Shown one piece after another: positions 27,555-37,811 of a DNA stretch of 64,000 bases; position 1 is the first letter of the stretch, and each line of letters opens with the position of its first letter. Below the pieces are notes generated by a model. The model ran no database searches. It had not been told where the DNA came from and saw only the letters and a program-made list of their open reading frames with translations. This DNA is from Polyangia bacterium. Its GTDB lineage: Bacteria > Myxococcota_A > Polyangia > JAHFDS01 > DATFWX01. The position numbers were made by a program, and so were the translations under genes. The stretch lies in the NCBI GenBank assembly GCA_035258845.1, contig DATFWX010000218.1:17354-81353 (forward strand), read 5' to 3'.

Positions 27555-27747
27555 GCGACCTAGCGACCCGCGATTGACCAGCCTGAACCTGTAAACCCGA
27601 CGAGACATCTTCTCGCGACCGCCGTCACCGGGTGGCAACAACAGAAGCCGCCGACCGCTGGCGCCGCCTGCTGGACAACTCCCTGATCTGCCGAGGTCGG
27701 GCGCTGGCACACCAGCTGCAGTTCGTCCCTCTCGAGGTGACGACGCC

Positions 27748-29127
27748 ATGGCCCACGCGCCGAGCGAAGCACGGATGTCGAAGCGGACGTGCTCCGCTGC
27801 GCAGCCGAGCCAGCGCACGCGGGCGACGGCTTCCTCCTCAGTCCTGCGTGCCCTGCGGCTGCTCGCCACCCTGTGGGCCGGCGTCGCCTGCCAGGCCCAG
27901 CCCGACCTGCCGGCCGCAGATCGGCTGACCGTCGAGGTGCGCGTGGATCGAGCCGCCATCGGCGTGGTGGCGGTGGCTCGTGCCGGCACGACCGGCGCAG
28001 CGCGCCCGAGCGAGGTCGGGCTGGGCCGTGGCGTCCTGGTCGGACGGCCGCTGTTCTTCGAGCTGCGCGGCGACAGGGGCCTTTTGATCGCTTCTGGAAG
28101 CACGGTCGATCCACGCGCGGTCCACGCCGAGCTGCCGACCCGGAATGGCTTGCGCCGCGTCGAGGCCCAGTCGGGCGTGGGCATGGTGGCACTCGACCTG
28201 CCCGCGCTCGCCGGCGACCTTTCCATGGCCGAGGATCTGAAGGCCGATGGCTCGCTGGGCAGCCTGGTCGGCCAGACCCATTTCGACCCCAGCCTGGGAA
28301 CCAGCTCGCCGAGCTTGCTCACGCCCGGCGACGTGCTCGGCGCGTCCGTCAAATTCGTGGATCACGGTGATGCGCGCAACAATCTCAATCTGCTCTTCCT
28401 GCCCGAGGGCTATCAGGAGGCCGAGCTGAGCGCGTTTCACCGCGACGCCACGCAGATGATGAACGGTCTGCTCGCACATCCGAGCTACCAGCGCTACGCA
28501 CAGCGTTTCAACGCCTCCTATCTGGATGTGCGCTCGCACGATTCCGGCATCGACGACCCGGATCAGGGCGTCAGCGTCGACACCGCTTTCGACGCCACCT
28601 TCGGGCACGGCGACCTGCATCGTTTGACCACGGTGGGCGACGCCGCCATCCCGCAGCTGTACGAGCTGGCCCGCTCCGCGGGCGCGGACGTGGTGGTCGT
28701 GATCGCCAACTCGGACCAGTGGGGTGGCTCGGGCGGACAGTGGACGGTCGTCACGCGCGCAACCGGGATCGCAAATGGTCTGAGCCACGAGCTGGGCCAT
28801 CGGTTGTTCGGGCTGGGCGACGAATACGAGTATCCCGGTGACGATTGTGACGGGTCGCGCCATTGGAGCCAGATGCCCGCCAACCTGTCGCCAGTCGGCA
28901 TGGGCGACGGGATCCCGTGGCAAGATCTGATTGCGCCGGGCACGCCGCTGCCGACGCCAAGCCAGGACGCCTATGCGGCCACCGTGGGTGCCTTCGCGGG
29001 AGCCGGTTACTGCTCGAGCTTCTATCGGCCGCAGCTGAGCTGCCTGATGCGGAGTGTCGACGCCCAGATGTGCGCGGTGTGCCGGCGCGAAATGGCTCGC
29101 TTCTTCGAGCGGCTCGTAGACCGCTAG
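27748..29127 (+). CDS. secreted zinc metallopeptidase (HExxH, M64-like)
   Basis: Signal peptide. HELGHRLFGLGDEY motif: HExxH followed by a GxxDEY-type third ligand. Family assignment is by motif only. Confidence 0.55.
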   Translation: MAHAPSEARMSKRTCSAAQPSQRTRATASSSVLRALRLLATLWAGVACQAQPDLPAADRLTVEVRVDRAAIGVVAVARAGTTGAARPSEVGLGRGVLVGRPLFFELRGDRGLLIASGSTVDPRAVHAELPTRNGLRRVEAQSGVGMVALDLPALAGDLSMAEDLKADGSLGSLVGQTHFDPSLGTSSPSLLTPGDVLGASVKFVDHGDARNNLNLLFLPEGYQEAELSAFHRDATQMMNGLLAHPSYQRYAQRFNASYLDVRSHDSGIDDPDQGVSVDTAFDATFGHGDLHRLTTVGDAAIPQLYELARSAGADVVVVIANSDQWGGSGGQWTVVTRATGIANGLSHELGHRLFGLGDEYEYPGDDCDGSRHWSQMPANLSPVGMGDGIPWQDLIAPGTPLPTPSQDAYAATVGAFAGAGYCSSFYRPQLSCLMRSVDAQMCAVCRREMARFFERLVDR

Positions 29128-29141
29128 ACCGCTAGCCTAGT

Positions 29142-32100
29142 CTAGCGCTCCGCGAGCGGGTGTTTGCGCAACCAAGTGGCCATCTCCTGCAGATGGCGCT
29201 GATTCGATGACTGCGGGTAGCTGTCGCGGGCCTGCCCGGCCAGCGCGAAGGCCCGCCTCTGATCGCCGCCGCTCTCCCACAGCGCGCGCGCCAGCGCGAA
29301 CCGGGTGTCGCTGAGCCGTTCGGGCGCGCACGCGCCGGCATGCTCGAGCAGCGCGAGCGCCCGCTCGAGCGGGGCCACAGCTGCGGTCGGGGCTCGTTGG
29401 GCCAGCTGCGCCTGCCCCAGGCCGAGCAGGGCCTCGGCCAGGCCCGGGTTGTCGCGACCGAGGTAATGCTCGCGCAGCGCGAGCGCCTGCCCGAGCTCGG
29501 CCAGCGCGGCCTCGGGATGACCACCCTCGAGGTGCCAGCGGCCCAGCGCTTCGCGCGCAGCCGCCTGCATGGCCAGCGACTCACGGCGGTCGCGGCGGGA
29601 AGAGGCAAGGGCCCGTTGCAGGAACCCCAGTGCCTCCGCATGCCGGCCCAGCGCCTCCAGCGAGCGGGCGACCTCGATGAGCAGGATGGCGCCGTGGTCA
29701 TCCTGGGGCGTGACCTGCTCGATCACGGCCAGCGCGCGCTGCTCGAGCTTGAGCCCCTCTACGGGCTTGCCGACGCGCACAAGCGCCATGCCGGTGTGGC
29801 CGTTCACCCACGCCGACAACACTGCAGACGAGCGCGGCCCGTGGCTTAACACAGCATCGGCGCGGCCAAATGCGGCCAGCGCCTCCTGGTAGCGCCCGAG
29901 CTCCATCTGGAGCACGCCCAGCTCGTCCCAGCTGCGGCCGGTCGATGGATGCTGGGGACCGAGCGCGGCTTCTCGCGCGGCCAGCGCGCGACGCTGATAG
30001 TCCAGCGCTTCCGACACCCGGCCCAGCTCGGCGAACAGCACGCCCATGTTGAACAGGGCCCGCGCGGTCTCGGGATGTCGGGCCCCCAGCGAGCGCTCTC
30101 GAATGGCCAGCGCGCGTCGGGCATGGGGAACCGCCATGTCGTACTGCTCGGCAATGCGGTACGCGGAAGCGAGCATGCTCTCGGTGGCGCCGACGTCGGG
30201 ATGGTCCAGTCCCAGGTACTTCTCGCGCAGGGCCAGCGCGCGCCGCAGGGGCTCGATGGCCTCCAGCGGCTTGGCCTCCGAGATGAGCAGCCCGCCGATC
30301 GCCATGTGAACCGTCGCCTCGGTCGACGGGTCGTGCTTGAGCCCCGCGAGCGCGGCCACCGCGGGCTCGCTCCACTGGCGCGCCAGCTCGCCCTTGGCCT
30401 GCGAGTACAGCACGCTCACGAGCGTCGACGAGGCGCGAGCGACCACGACCTGCTGCGAGCTGGCCTCGCCCGCCCAGACCGCGCGCATCAGAGTTTTTTC
30501 GGCCGCCGGCAGGTCGCCGAGCTTGTTCTGGAGCGATCCTTTGAGCTCGAGCGCCTCCGCCTCCAGGGATCGGTCCCCGAGCGGGCCGGCTTCGCGCGCC
30601 ACCGGCTCGACCAGCTTGAGGCCGTCCGCGTACTTGCCGGCATCGAGCAGCGACTTGGAACGCACCAGGGCGTAGCCGAACTGCTCGCTGCGTTTGCGCG
30701 CCACCGGGTCCAGCGGCAGCGGCGCTGGCGCGTGCATGGCATCGACCTCCAGGCACTGCTCGACCGGCGTCAGCGCATGCGCGGCCGAGATGGACTGCTC
30801 CAGAATCTGGTCGTCTGGCTGCGCAAGCAGATCGGTGAGCGCGCCCAGCTCCTGGCGACGCCGCTCGAGGCACACCATGCGCAGCGAAAGCGGGCTGTTC
30901 GAGCGCCCGCCCACTCCGAGGCCGGCTGCGCAGGCCTCGGCCCGGACAGATGCCCAGCGGCTTGCGAAGTCGTCGAGCACGCGGGCCGTGCGCGTCCAGG
31001 CTTCGGCCGCGTAGGATCTGCCGGTGGCCAAAAAAGCGCGCTCGAGCGCGAGCTTGCGGCTGGGGCTCCACACGCTGGCGAGCTGGTCGGCAGCGCTGGC
31101 ACCCCCGCAGATCCCAAGTTGCTCCGCCCGCCGCCCGCGGAGCGCGGCCGCGGCCTCGAATCCTGCGATGAGCAGCAGGGCGACCGCGAGCACGAGCTTG
31201 CCCCAGCGTGCACGCCCAACTTGCAAAAGCTCCGCCAGCAGCGCATCCATCGACGGATGGCGCGCCTCTGGCGACTCGCTCAAGCCGCGCACGAGGGCGC
31301 GCTGCACCCGTGCCGGGGCGCGCCGCTCACGCGGGGGGTGTAGGGTCCATCGATCCGCCTCGCCCGCAGGATGGCGCTCGAATGGGTGTTGACCGTTGAG
31401 CGCCTCGTAGAGCGCAACGCAGAAGCTGAACTGGTCGGCGCGGGCGTCGACCGCATGGCCGCGAAACTGCTCGGGCGACATGTAGGGCGGTGAGCCGACC
31501 ACAGCCCCCGCCTGGGTCAATGGCGTCACCAGAGCATCCCGATAGGGGATCGGCGAGGCGTCCTCGTCCTCCGAGGCCGGGGCAAGGTCAGGCTCGGCGG
31601 CGAGATCGCGCTCGTCGGTGGCCGCGCGCTCGATGGCGCGCACGACGCCGAAATCCATGATGCACACGCGGCCGTCGCGACGAATGATCACGTTGTCGGG
31701 CTTGAAGTCGCGATGGACCAGCCCGGCGGCGTGAACCGCAGCCAGGCCCCGCCCCGCCGCCACGAACACCTTGAGGACCTCGCTCGGAGGCGGGCGCGTC
31801 TCCAGCCATTTGCGCAGGGTCTCGCCCTCGACCAGCTCCATGGCCAGAAAAACCTGCCCGCCCACGCTCCCGACATCGTGGATCGCGACCACGTTCGGAT
31901 GGGAGACCTGCGCCAGCGCTTGCGCCTCGCGCAAAAGGCGCGTCTGCTGGGCGGGTTGGGGCTGGGCGCGGGTCCGGCGCGGCTGCACCATTTTGAGCGC
32001 GACCTTTCGATCGAGCTCCGGATCGTAGGCCGCGTAGACGGCGCCCATGCCGCCCCGGCCGATTCGATCGAGCACCACGTATCGGCCCAGGGTGGCGCCG

Positions 32101-32240
32101 CGCGCGAGCAGCTCGGGGGGCTGTGGCCAGGGCTCGGCGCGCACCGGGGCCAGGTCGACGACCGTTCCAGCCTCACTGCTCGCGGTCGAGCCGCTGCTCT
32201 CGCTGGAGCGACCCTCACCGTGTTCCCCAGAGCCCATCAC
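29142..32240 (-). CDS. Ser/Thr protein kinase with C-terminal TPR-repeat region
   Basis: Canonical Hanks motifs: GRGGMGAVY, VALK, HRDFKPDN, DFG, SPEQ. One TM segment. Roughly 600 aa of TPR-like repeats follow. Confidence 0.85.
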   Translation of the reverse strand: MMGSGEHGEGRSSESSGSTASSEAGTVVDLAPVRAEPWPQPPELLARGATLGRYVVLDRIGRGGMGAVYAAYDPELDRKVALKMVQPRRTRAQPQPAQQTRLLREAQALAQVSHPNVVAIHDVGSVGGQVFLAMELVEGETLRKWLETRPPPSEVLKVFVAAGRGLAAVHAAGLVHRDFKPDNVIIRRDGRVCIMDFGVVRAIERAATDERDLAAEPDLAPASEDEDASPIPYRDALVTPLTQAGAVVGSPPYMSPEQFRGHAVDARADQFSFCVALYEALNGQHPFERHPAGEADRWTLHPPRERRAPARVQRALVRGLSESPEARHPSMDALLAELLQVGRARWGKLVLAVALLLIAGFEAAAALRGRRAEQLGICGGASAADQLASVWSPSRKLALERAFLATGRSYAAEAWTRTARVLDDFASRWASVRAEACAAGLGVGGRSNSPLSLRMVCLERRRQELGALTDLLAQPDDQILEQSISAAHALTPVEQCLEVDAMHAPAPLPLDPVARKRSEQFGYALVRSKSLLDAGKYADGLKLVEPVAREAGPLGDRSLEAEALELKGSLQNKLGDLPAAEKTLMRAVWAGEASSQQVVVARASSTLVSVLYSQAKGELARQWSEPAVAALAGLKHDPSTEATVHMAIGGLLISEAKPLEAIEPLRRALALREKYLGLDHPDVGATESMLASAYRIAEQYDMAVPHARRALAIRERSLGARHPETARALFNMGVLFAELGRVSEALDYQRRALAAREAALGPQHPSTGRSWDELGVLQMELGRYQEALAAFGRADAVLSHGPRSSAVLSAWVNGHTGMALVRVGKPVEGLKLEQRALAVIEQVTPQDDHGAILLIEVARSLEALGRHAEALGFLQRALASSRRDRRESLAMQAAAREALGRWHLEGGHPEAALAELGQALALREHYLGRDNPGLAEALLGLGQAQLAQRAPTAAVAPLERALALLEHAGACAPERLSDTRFALARALWESGGDQRRAFALAGQARDSYPQSSNQRHLQEMATWLRKHPLAER

Positions 32241-32288
32241 CTGGGACGAGTATACTGGGGCCGGCCCCGCGCTGCCCAGAGCCCGCGT

Positions 32289-34310
32289 CTACTTCTTCGG
32301 CGGCTCGTCGAGATAGTGCTCGATGCGCCGGACGCCGTCGTAGTCCGAGTCGCGACCCTTCTGGAATCCGATGATGCCGCCGTGCCTCTCGAAGATCTGG
32401 TGCGCGATCTCGCTGCCCGGTGTGAGCGACAGGAGCGCGTCCTGGATGGATCGGACCAGGTCCCGCGCCACCCCCGGGTGCGTGCAGTAGGCGTCGTAGG
32501 GGATGCGCTCGGTGGTGGCAAGGATGCGAAACGTGTCGGGAGCGATGCCGTGCGCCTTGGCGTCGAACAAGATGGACGAATAGACAGCCGCGCCGTCGCA
32601 CGCACCGGTCGAGAGCGCCCGCAGCGCGGTCAGGTGGTCGCCCGCAAAGCGGGTGGCCGCAAACGCGCGATCGGGATCGATGCCGACCCGTTTGAACAGG
32701 GCGCGCGGATACAGGTAGCCCGAGGTGGAGCTGGGATTGGTGTAGCAGAAGATCTTGCCTTTCAAGTCGTCCAGATGCGCGATGCCGCTTTCGGCGCGCG
32801 CCAGGATGACCCCCTCGTAGGAAGCGCCCCCGCTCGTGACCGGCGTCGCCAGCAGCACGAGCTTGGGCAGCTTGCGCTTGACCCGAACGTACGAGTACGG
32901 CGAGAGCGCAACCAGGTCCAGCTCGCCGCGGCCGAGCCGCGTGTCCAGATCGAGGTAGTCTTCCGGGATCACGAGGCGAGCCGGCCGGCCCAGCCGCTGC
33001 GACAGATACTCCGTCAGGGGCGCGTAGCTGTCCCGGATCTGGTCGGTCGGTAGATATTGCGCGACGCCGAATCGAAGCTCCCGCGTTGGCGTGAGCGCGC
33101 CGATCCCGGCCCCGGCCGCCGCGCTGGCCGGCTGCCGGCTGTGGCGCCAAAACCAGAAACCTGCCGACGCCAGCGCCGCCAAGACCAGTCCGCCTGCCAA
33201 AAGCGCGCGCCGACTGGCCGCACGGCGGGCTGTGCGGTCGGCGGTGCGCCGGGCCTGCAGCGCCTGCGGGCTGGCCGCGACCGTTCTCTCGGCCGGATGC
33301 GGGGTCGCGGTTCCGACGGGAACCGGGATGTCGGTCACCCCTTCGGACGGGTCGCCTGCTACCGCCTCGGGCGCCGCGCCCGCGACCGAGAGCCGGTAGT
33401 GTCCGGCCACGACCGGGACGGCGCGCCCGAGGTCGGCCAGAAAAGCCGTCGCGTCGGGATAGCGATCCTCGCGGCGGGTGGCCATCGCGCGCAGGATCAC
33501 CTGCTCGAGCGCCTCCGGCAGCTCCGGGCGCAGCTCGCGCGGCTTCTGGAAGATGCCCTCGCGGATCAGCCGCGACACGTCGTCGGCGGTGTCCCCGGCG
33601 AACGGCAGCCGCCCGGTGGTGAGCGTGTACAGCGTGACCCCGACCGCGTACAGGTCGACGCGTTGATCCACCGACGGATTGTTGCCCAGCTGCTCGGGCG
33701 CCATGTAGCGCAGAGTGCCCACCATTGCGCCCGCCAGCGTGACCGTGATGTCGTGCAGGCCGTCCTCGAGCACCTTGGCGATGCCGAAGTCCAGGATCTT
33801 GACGCGCAGGGCTCCACCCGGCATCTGCGCGATCAGCATGTTGGCTGGCTTGAGGTCGCGGTGCACGATCTTGGCGGCATGCGCGACCGCGAGCCCGTGC
33901 AGAACCTCGGCCACGATCGCGGCCGCCAGCGTCGGGGGCAGCCGGCCCTGTCGTCCCAGCAGCGCCTGCACGCTCTCGCCCCGCAAAAGCTCCATGACCA
34001 TGAACGGCCGGCCGTCCTCGTCGGCATCGATGTCGGTCACGGCCACGATGTTCTCGTGGCGGACGGCGGCGGCCGCGCGCGCCTCGCGACGAAAGCGCGC
34101 GATCACCTCGGGATTCGCGCCCCACATAGAGCTCAGGATCTTGATCGCGACCTGCGTGCCCAGACCGATGTGCTCGGCCGCGTAGACGGCGCCCATGCCG
34201 CCCTCACCCAGTAGCTCATGCAGGCGGTACTTGCCCGCCAGCAAGCGCGTCGGAGCAATTCGATCGGTGCGCTCGAGCCTCTCTTCGGGCGGATTCGCCA
34301 TACCCCTCAA
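32289..34310 (-). CDS. Ser/Thr protein kinase fused to PhnD/SsuA-like periplasmic binding domain
   Basis: Canonical kinase motifs (GEGGMGAVY, VAIK, HRDLKPAN, DFGIAK), a TM helix, then a C-terminal domain resembling phosphonate/sulfonate ABC substrate-binding proteins (LRFGVAQYLPTDQIRDSYAPLTEYL...). Confidence 0.8.
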   Translation of the reverse strand: MRGMANPPEERLERTDRIAPTRLLAGKYRLHELLGEGGMGAVYAAEHIGLGTQVAIKILSSMWGANPEVIARFRREARAAAAVRHENIVAVTDIDADEDGRPFMVMELLRGESVQALLGRQGRLPPTLAAAIVAEVLHGLAVAHAAKIVHRDLKPANMLIAQMPGGALRVKILDFGIAKVLEDGLHDITVTLAGAMVGTLRYMAPEQLGNNPSVDQRVDLYAVGVTLYTLTTGRLPFAGDTADDVSRLIREGIFQKPRELRPELPEALEQVILRAMATRREDRYPDATAFLADLGRAVPVVAGHYRLSVAGAAPEAVAGDPSEGVTDIPVPVGTATPHPAERTVAASPQALQARRTADRTARRAASRRALLAGGLVLAALASAGFWFWRHSRQPASAAAGAGIGALTPTRELRFGVAQYLPTDQIRDSYAPLTEYLSQRLGRPARLVIPEDYLDLDTRLGRGELDLVALSPYSYVRVKRKLPKLVLLATPVTSGGASYEGVILARAESGIAHLDDLKGKIFCYTNPSSTSGYLYPRALFKRVGIDPDRAFAATRFAGDHLTALRALSTGACDGAAVYSSILFDAKAHGIAPDTFRILATTERIPYDAYCTHPGVARDLVRSIQDALLSLTPGSEIAHQIFERHGGIIGFQKGRDSDYDGVRRIEHYLDEPPKK

Positions 34311-34395
34311 CCGACCCCTAAGACAACCACTGTTTTTCGGCCACGGTCAAGGGGTCCAGTGCCGACGGCGGCCGAGGCAGGCTATCATCGCGCCC

Positions 34396-35580
34396 ATGCT
34401 GGGTGAAGCGAGCCAGATCTACGAGCAAACACTCTGTGAGCTGCGTGACGCCGGCCTGGAGAAGATCGAGCGTGAGCTCGAATCCGCGCAAGGAGTGGAG
34501 ATCCGGATTGGCGGGCGCACGGTCCTGAACTTTTGCAACAACAACTACCTGGGCCTGGCGGCGCATCCAGAGGTGCGGGCGGCGGCCCATGCCGCGCTCG
34601 ATCGGTGGGGCTTCGGCCTGGCGGCCGGTCGCCTGCTGAGCGGCACGCAAACGCAACACCGCGAGCTGGAGCGGCGGCTGGCCGGCTTCGTGGGCAGCGA
34701 AGACGCAATCCTGTTCTCGAGCTGCTTCGACGCCAACGGCGGCCTGTTCGAGGCGCTTCTGGGCCCGGACGATGCCGTGCTTTCGGACGCGCTCAATCAC
34801 GCTTCCATCATCGACGGCATCCGGCTGTGCAAGGCCGCGCGCTACCGCTATGCCAACTGCGACCTCACGGAGCTCGAGCGCCTGCTCGTCGAGACCCAAT
34901 CCCGGAGACTGCGCCTGATTGCAACCGACGGCGTGTTCTCGATGGATGGTGCGCTGGCGCCGCTCGACCGCATCTGCGCTCTGGCGCAAAAGTACCGCGC
35001 GCTCGTCATGGTCGACGACTCGCACGCGACCGGGATCGTGGGCCCGCGCGGCCGCGGGACGCCCGAGCACTTCGGCGTGACCGGAGAGGTCGATCTTTTG
35101 ACCTCGACGCTGGGCAAGGCGCTGGGCGGGGCGGCCGGCGGATTCGCCGCCGGGCGCGGCCCGCTCGTGGCCATGCTCAGGCAGCGTGCACGCCCGTATA
35201 TTTTTTCGAACTCGCTGCCGCCGGTCATCGTGGGCGCATCGCTGCGCGTGCTCGATCTGCTGGAGGCATCGAGCGAGCTTCGCGAGCGGTTGCAGGCGCA
35301 CACGCGCCGGTTTCGCCAGGCCCTGCAGTCGGCCGGCTTCCGCATTCTGGGTCAGGAGCACCCGCTGGTGCCGGTGCTGCTCGGCGACGCGCACCTGGCC
35401 AATGCGATGGCGGCCGCGCTGTTCGACCAGGGCATCAACGTGGTCGGCTTTGCCTACCCGATCGTGCCGCCGGGACAGGCGCGCATCCGGGTCCAGCTCT
35501 CGGCCGCCCACAGCCGCGAGCACATCGAGCGGGCGATTGAGGCGTTTGTGCAGGTGGGCCGCCAGCTGGCGGTCCTCTGA
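34396..35580 (+). CDS. kbl: glycine C-acetyltransferase / 2-amino-3-ketobutyrate CoA ligase (alpha-oxoamine synthase family)
   Basis: PLP-dependent AOS family signatures: NNYLGL, DALNHASIIDG, DDSHATG and the Lys motif TLGKALGG. The start was chosen at MLGEASQ, so the 5' extension of the ORF call is not used. Confidence 0.8.
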   Translation: MLGEASQIYEQTLCELRDAGLEKIERELESAQGVEIRIGGRTVLNFCNNNYLGLAAHPEVRAAAHAALDRWGFGLAAGRLLSGTQTQHRELERRLAGFVGSEDAILFSSCFDANGGLFEALLGPDDAVLSDALNHASIIDGIRLCKAARYRYANCDLTELERLLVETQSRRLRLIATDGVFSMDGALAPLDRICALAQKYRALVMVDDSHATGIVGPRGRGTPEHFGVTGEVDLLTSTLGKALGGAAGGFAAGRGPLVAMLRQRARPYIFSNSLPPVIVGASLRVLDLLEASSELRERLQAHTRRFRQALQSAGFRILGQEHPLVPVLLGDAHLANAMAAALFDQGINVVGFAYPIVPPGQARIRVQLSAAHSREHIERAIEAFVQVGRQLAVL

Positions 35581-35661
35581 GGGTGGCCGGGGGGTCGGCT
35601 CAACCTGTGATCTGCCGCACCCTTAGCAAGCCGAGCCTCCCGGGCGCGTAATAACAAGCCG

Positions 35662-37062
35662 ATGAGTCCAGCGTCGGTTACAATAGGCCTGCCGATGTCC
35701 GCGGAAACTTTAGGCCAGGCCGTGCGCATCGTGGTGGGGGCAGCGAAGCAGCCCGAAACCCACGAGTTCATCTACGATCACCTGCCGATCCGAATCGGAC
35801 GTAACCCGCTCAACGAGCTGCAGCTCGATGACCGACATGTCTCACAATGGCATGCAGTGGTGCTCTACCTCGACGGTGCGATCCGGGTCGCAGATGTAGG
35901 CAGCCGCAACGGCACCTATGTCGACGGCCGTTCACTGACCGTGGGCGAGGCGGTTCCGCTGCTCGGATCGAGCCGCGTCGAGATCCGCCCGTTCACGCTC
36001 GAGGTCGATCCGCTCGATGAGCCCGCGGCCGCCAAGCCGCAGATGCTGCGCGCGCAGGGCCGGCAATGGGTCGATCACACGCGCACCTATGAAGCCGAGC
36101 AGGCGGAGTCCGACTCGGCCTCGACCTCGCTGGTGACGGCATGGAAGGCCGACCTGCTCTCGCAGCTGCGGCCGCTCTACCTGGCCTACGAGGGCGACTG
36201 GGCTTTCCTGTGCGATCGGCTGCGCGAGTACCTCGATCAGGTGGGGCCGCAGATGCGCCTGGCGCTGCTGCGCGAGCTGCAGGCCGAGCTGCCCGCGTAT
36301 CGTTGGGACAGTGCCTTTCCGGAGCTGCGCGCCGACGAGAAAACGCCCGCCCCCTCTTTCGACCCCGAGCATCCCGCGATGCCCGCATTGCGCGATCTGG
36401 CGGAGCATCTGATGGGACGCAAGCACGCGCTGGCAAGCCCCGCGGAGGTGATCGCGTTTTTGGCCCGCGTCCGCGACATCACCGACGTGTTTTTGCATTT
36501 TACGCACAGCCTGCTCAAGGGCTCGCGCCAGATCGAGTCGAGCCTCGCGATGCCGCTGTTCGAGCGCGAGAGCAACCCACTGCATCGCGTGCGGGACGTC
36601 GGCGATCTGGGTGCGCGCCTGTTGGATTTCGAGGCCGATCGAGAGGGTCGCGCGCCGCCCTGGCTCGAAGCCGCTTTCAAAAGTGTGCTCATGCAGCAGA
36701 TCGTGATGCTGAGTGGGATGATGAACGGTGTGCGCACGCTGCTCGACGAGCTGGCGCCCGAGCGGGTGGCCGAGGAGCTGAAGCTGGGCAAAAAGCGCGT
36801 GGGGCCATTCCGCGCCCAAAGACTGTGGCAGGCCTATCAGGCGCGCCACCGCCAGCTCAGCCAGGAGGATAAGGCCACCTTCGAGCGCATCTTTGGTCCC
36901 CATCTCGCGCGCGCGTACGACGAGATCATGGGTGAATGCTACGACTCGCGAGGAGCCGGCAGGCCCGGGACGGCGAGCCAGCCCGGGGGGGCCACGGGCC
37001 CGACCCGCGTCGTGGTGGGGCCGAAGGCGCGTGCCAGCCGCGGCGGCCGCAAGCCGCGCTAG
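35662..37062 (+). CDS. FHA-domain protein (T6SS Fha/TagH-like)
   Basis: N-terminal FHA domain (IRIGRNPLNELQLDDRHVSQWHAVVLYLDGAIRVADVGSRNGTYVDG) plus a ~350-aa C-terminal region. Lies immediately upstream of the PAAR gene and near tssM/tssL and a PpkA-like kinase. Confidence 0.75.
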   Translation: MSPASVTIGLPMSAETLGQAVRIVVGAAKQPETHEFIYDHLPIRIGRNPLNELQLDDRHVSQWHAVVLYLDGAIRVADVGSRNGTYVDGRSLTVGEAVPLLGSSRVEIRPFTLEVDPLDEPAAAKPQMLRAQGRQWVDHTRTYEAEQAESDSASTSLVTAWKADLLSQLRPLYLAYEGDWAFLCDRLREYLDQVGPQMRLALLRELQAELPAYRWDSAFPELRADEKTPAPSFDPEHPAMPALRDLAEHLMGRKHALASPAEVIAFLARVRDITDVFLHFTHSLLKGSRQIESSLAMPLFERESNPLHRVRDVGDLGARLLDFEADREGRAPPWLEAAFKSVLMQQIVMLSGMMNGVRTLLDELAPERVAEELKLGKKRVGPFRAQRLWQAYQARHRQLSQEDKATFERIFGPHLARAYDEIMGECYDSRGAGRPGTASQPGGATGPTRVVVGPKARASRGGRKPR

Positions 37063-37189
37063 TGTCCTTTTCCGAGGACGTAGGCCCCAGTTTGCCGTCA
37101 ACGACCTTTCAACTCGCCACACTAAGCGGCGCAACGGCAGGGGATTCGCCCCTTTGACAGCCTCTGGGGGCCAAGTATCCTTAAGGGTT

Positions 37190-37810
37190 ATGAGCCGGGG
37201 AGGCCGGCCCGCGGCCCACGTCGGGAGCAAGACCAATCACGGGATCACCAGCGCGGACAAGCAGACCGTCCACGTAGGGGGCCGGCCGGTCTCGTACGTC
37301 AACGCCCCGCATAGCTGCAAAATGCACAAGGGGAAAGGCCGCAAGGTCGCCTCGGGCGCCCCCACCGTGCTGGTTTACGGTGTGCCCGTGACCCGGGTCG
37401 ACGAGAAGATGACCTGCAGCTGCAAGGTTGTGGACGGCGTCCAGAACGTGCTGGTCGGCGACGCCAAGCCCGAGCTGGGCCCGCTCGAGCCGGTCGATCT
37501 CTGGATCCGCCTCGATCTGGACCCCCAGGCGGCGTCGGTGTGCTCGGATCGCTACATCCTGACCGCGTCGGACGGCTCGTATCGACGCCAGAAGATTGTG
37601 CTGTCCAACCACATTCCCAACCAAGAGACGGTCGACCTGCATTACCTGGGCTTGCATCGCAGCAAGAGCTACAGCCTGGAGGTGATCGAAGAAGGCGGAG
37701 CCTCCACGTTCGTGTTCCAGAACGTGCCGTACCCACAGCTGGCGGGGCTCAAGGGACCCGCGCGCACGCCCCCGCCCGCAGGCGGCGGCTCGTGCTCCTG
37801 CCATTCCTAG
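37190..37810 (+). CDS. PAAR-domain protein (T6SS spike tip) with C-terminal extension
   Basis: N-terminal PAAR-like repeats (HGITSADKQTVHVGGRPVSYVNAPHSC ... VLVYGVPVTRVDEKMTCSCKVVDG). Start trimmed to ATG 37190. A vgrG is nearby. Confidence 0.65.
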   Translation: MSRGGRPAAHVGSKTNHGITSADKQTVHVGGRPVSYVNAPHSCKMHKGKGRKVASGAPTVLVYGVPVTRVDEKMTCSCKVVDGVQNVLVGDAKPELGPLEPVDLWIRLDLDPQAASVCSDRYILTASDGSYRRQKIVLSNHIPNQETVDLHYLGLHRSKSYSLEVIEEGGASTFVFQNVPYPQLAGLKGPARTPPPAGGGSCSCHS

Positions 37811-37811
37811 C

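Noticed and set aside
26361-28352. 663-aa minus-strand ORF spanning the cytochrome c peroxidase and metallopeptidase genes
   Set aside because: Antisense to two genes with clear motifs (CxxCH x2; HExxH). Composition artefact.
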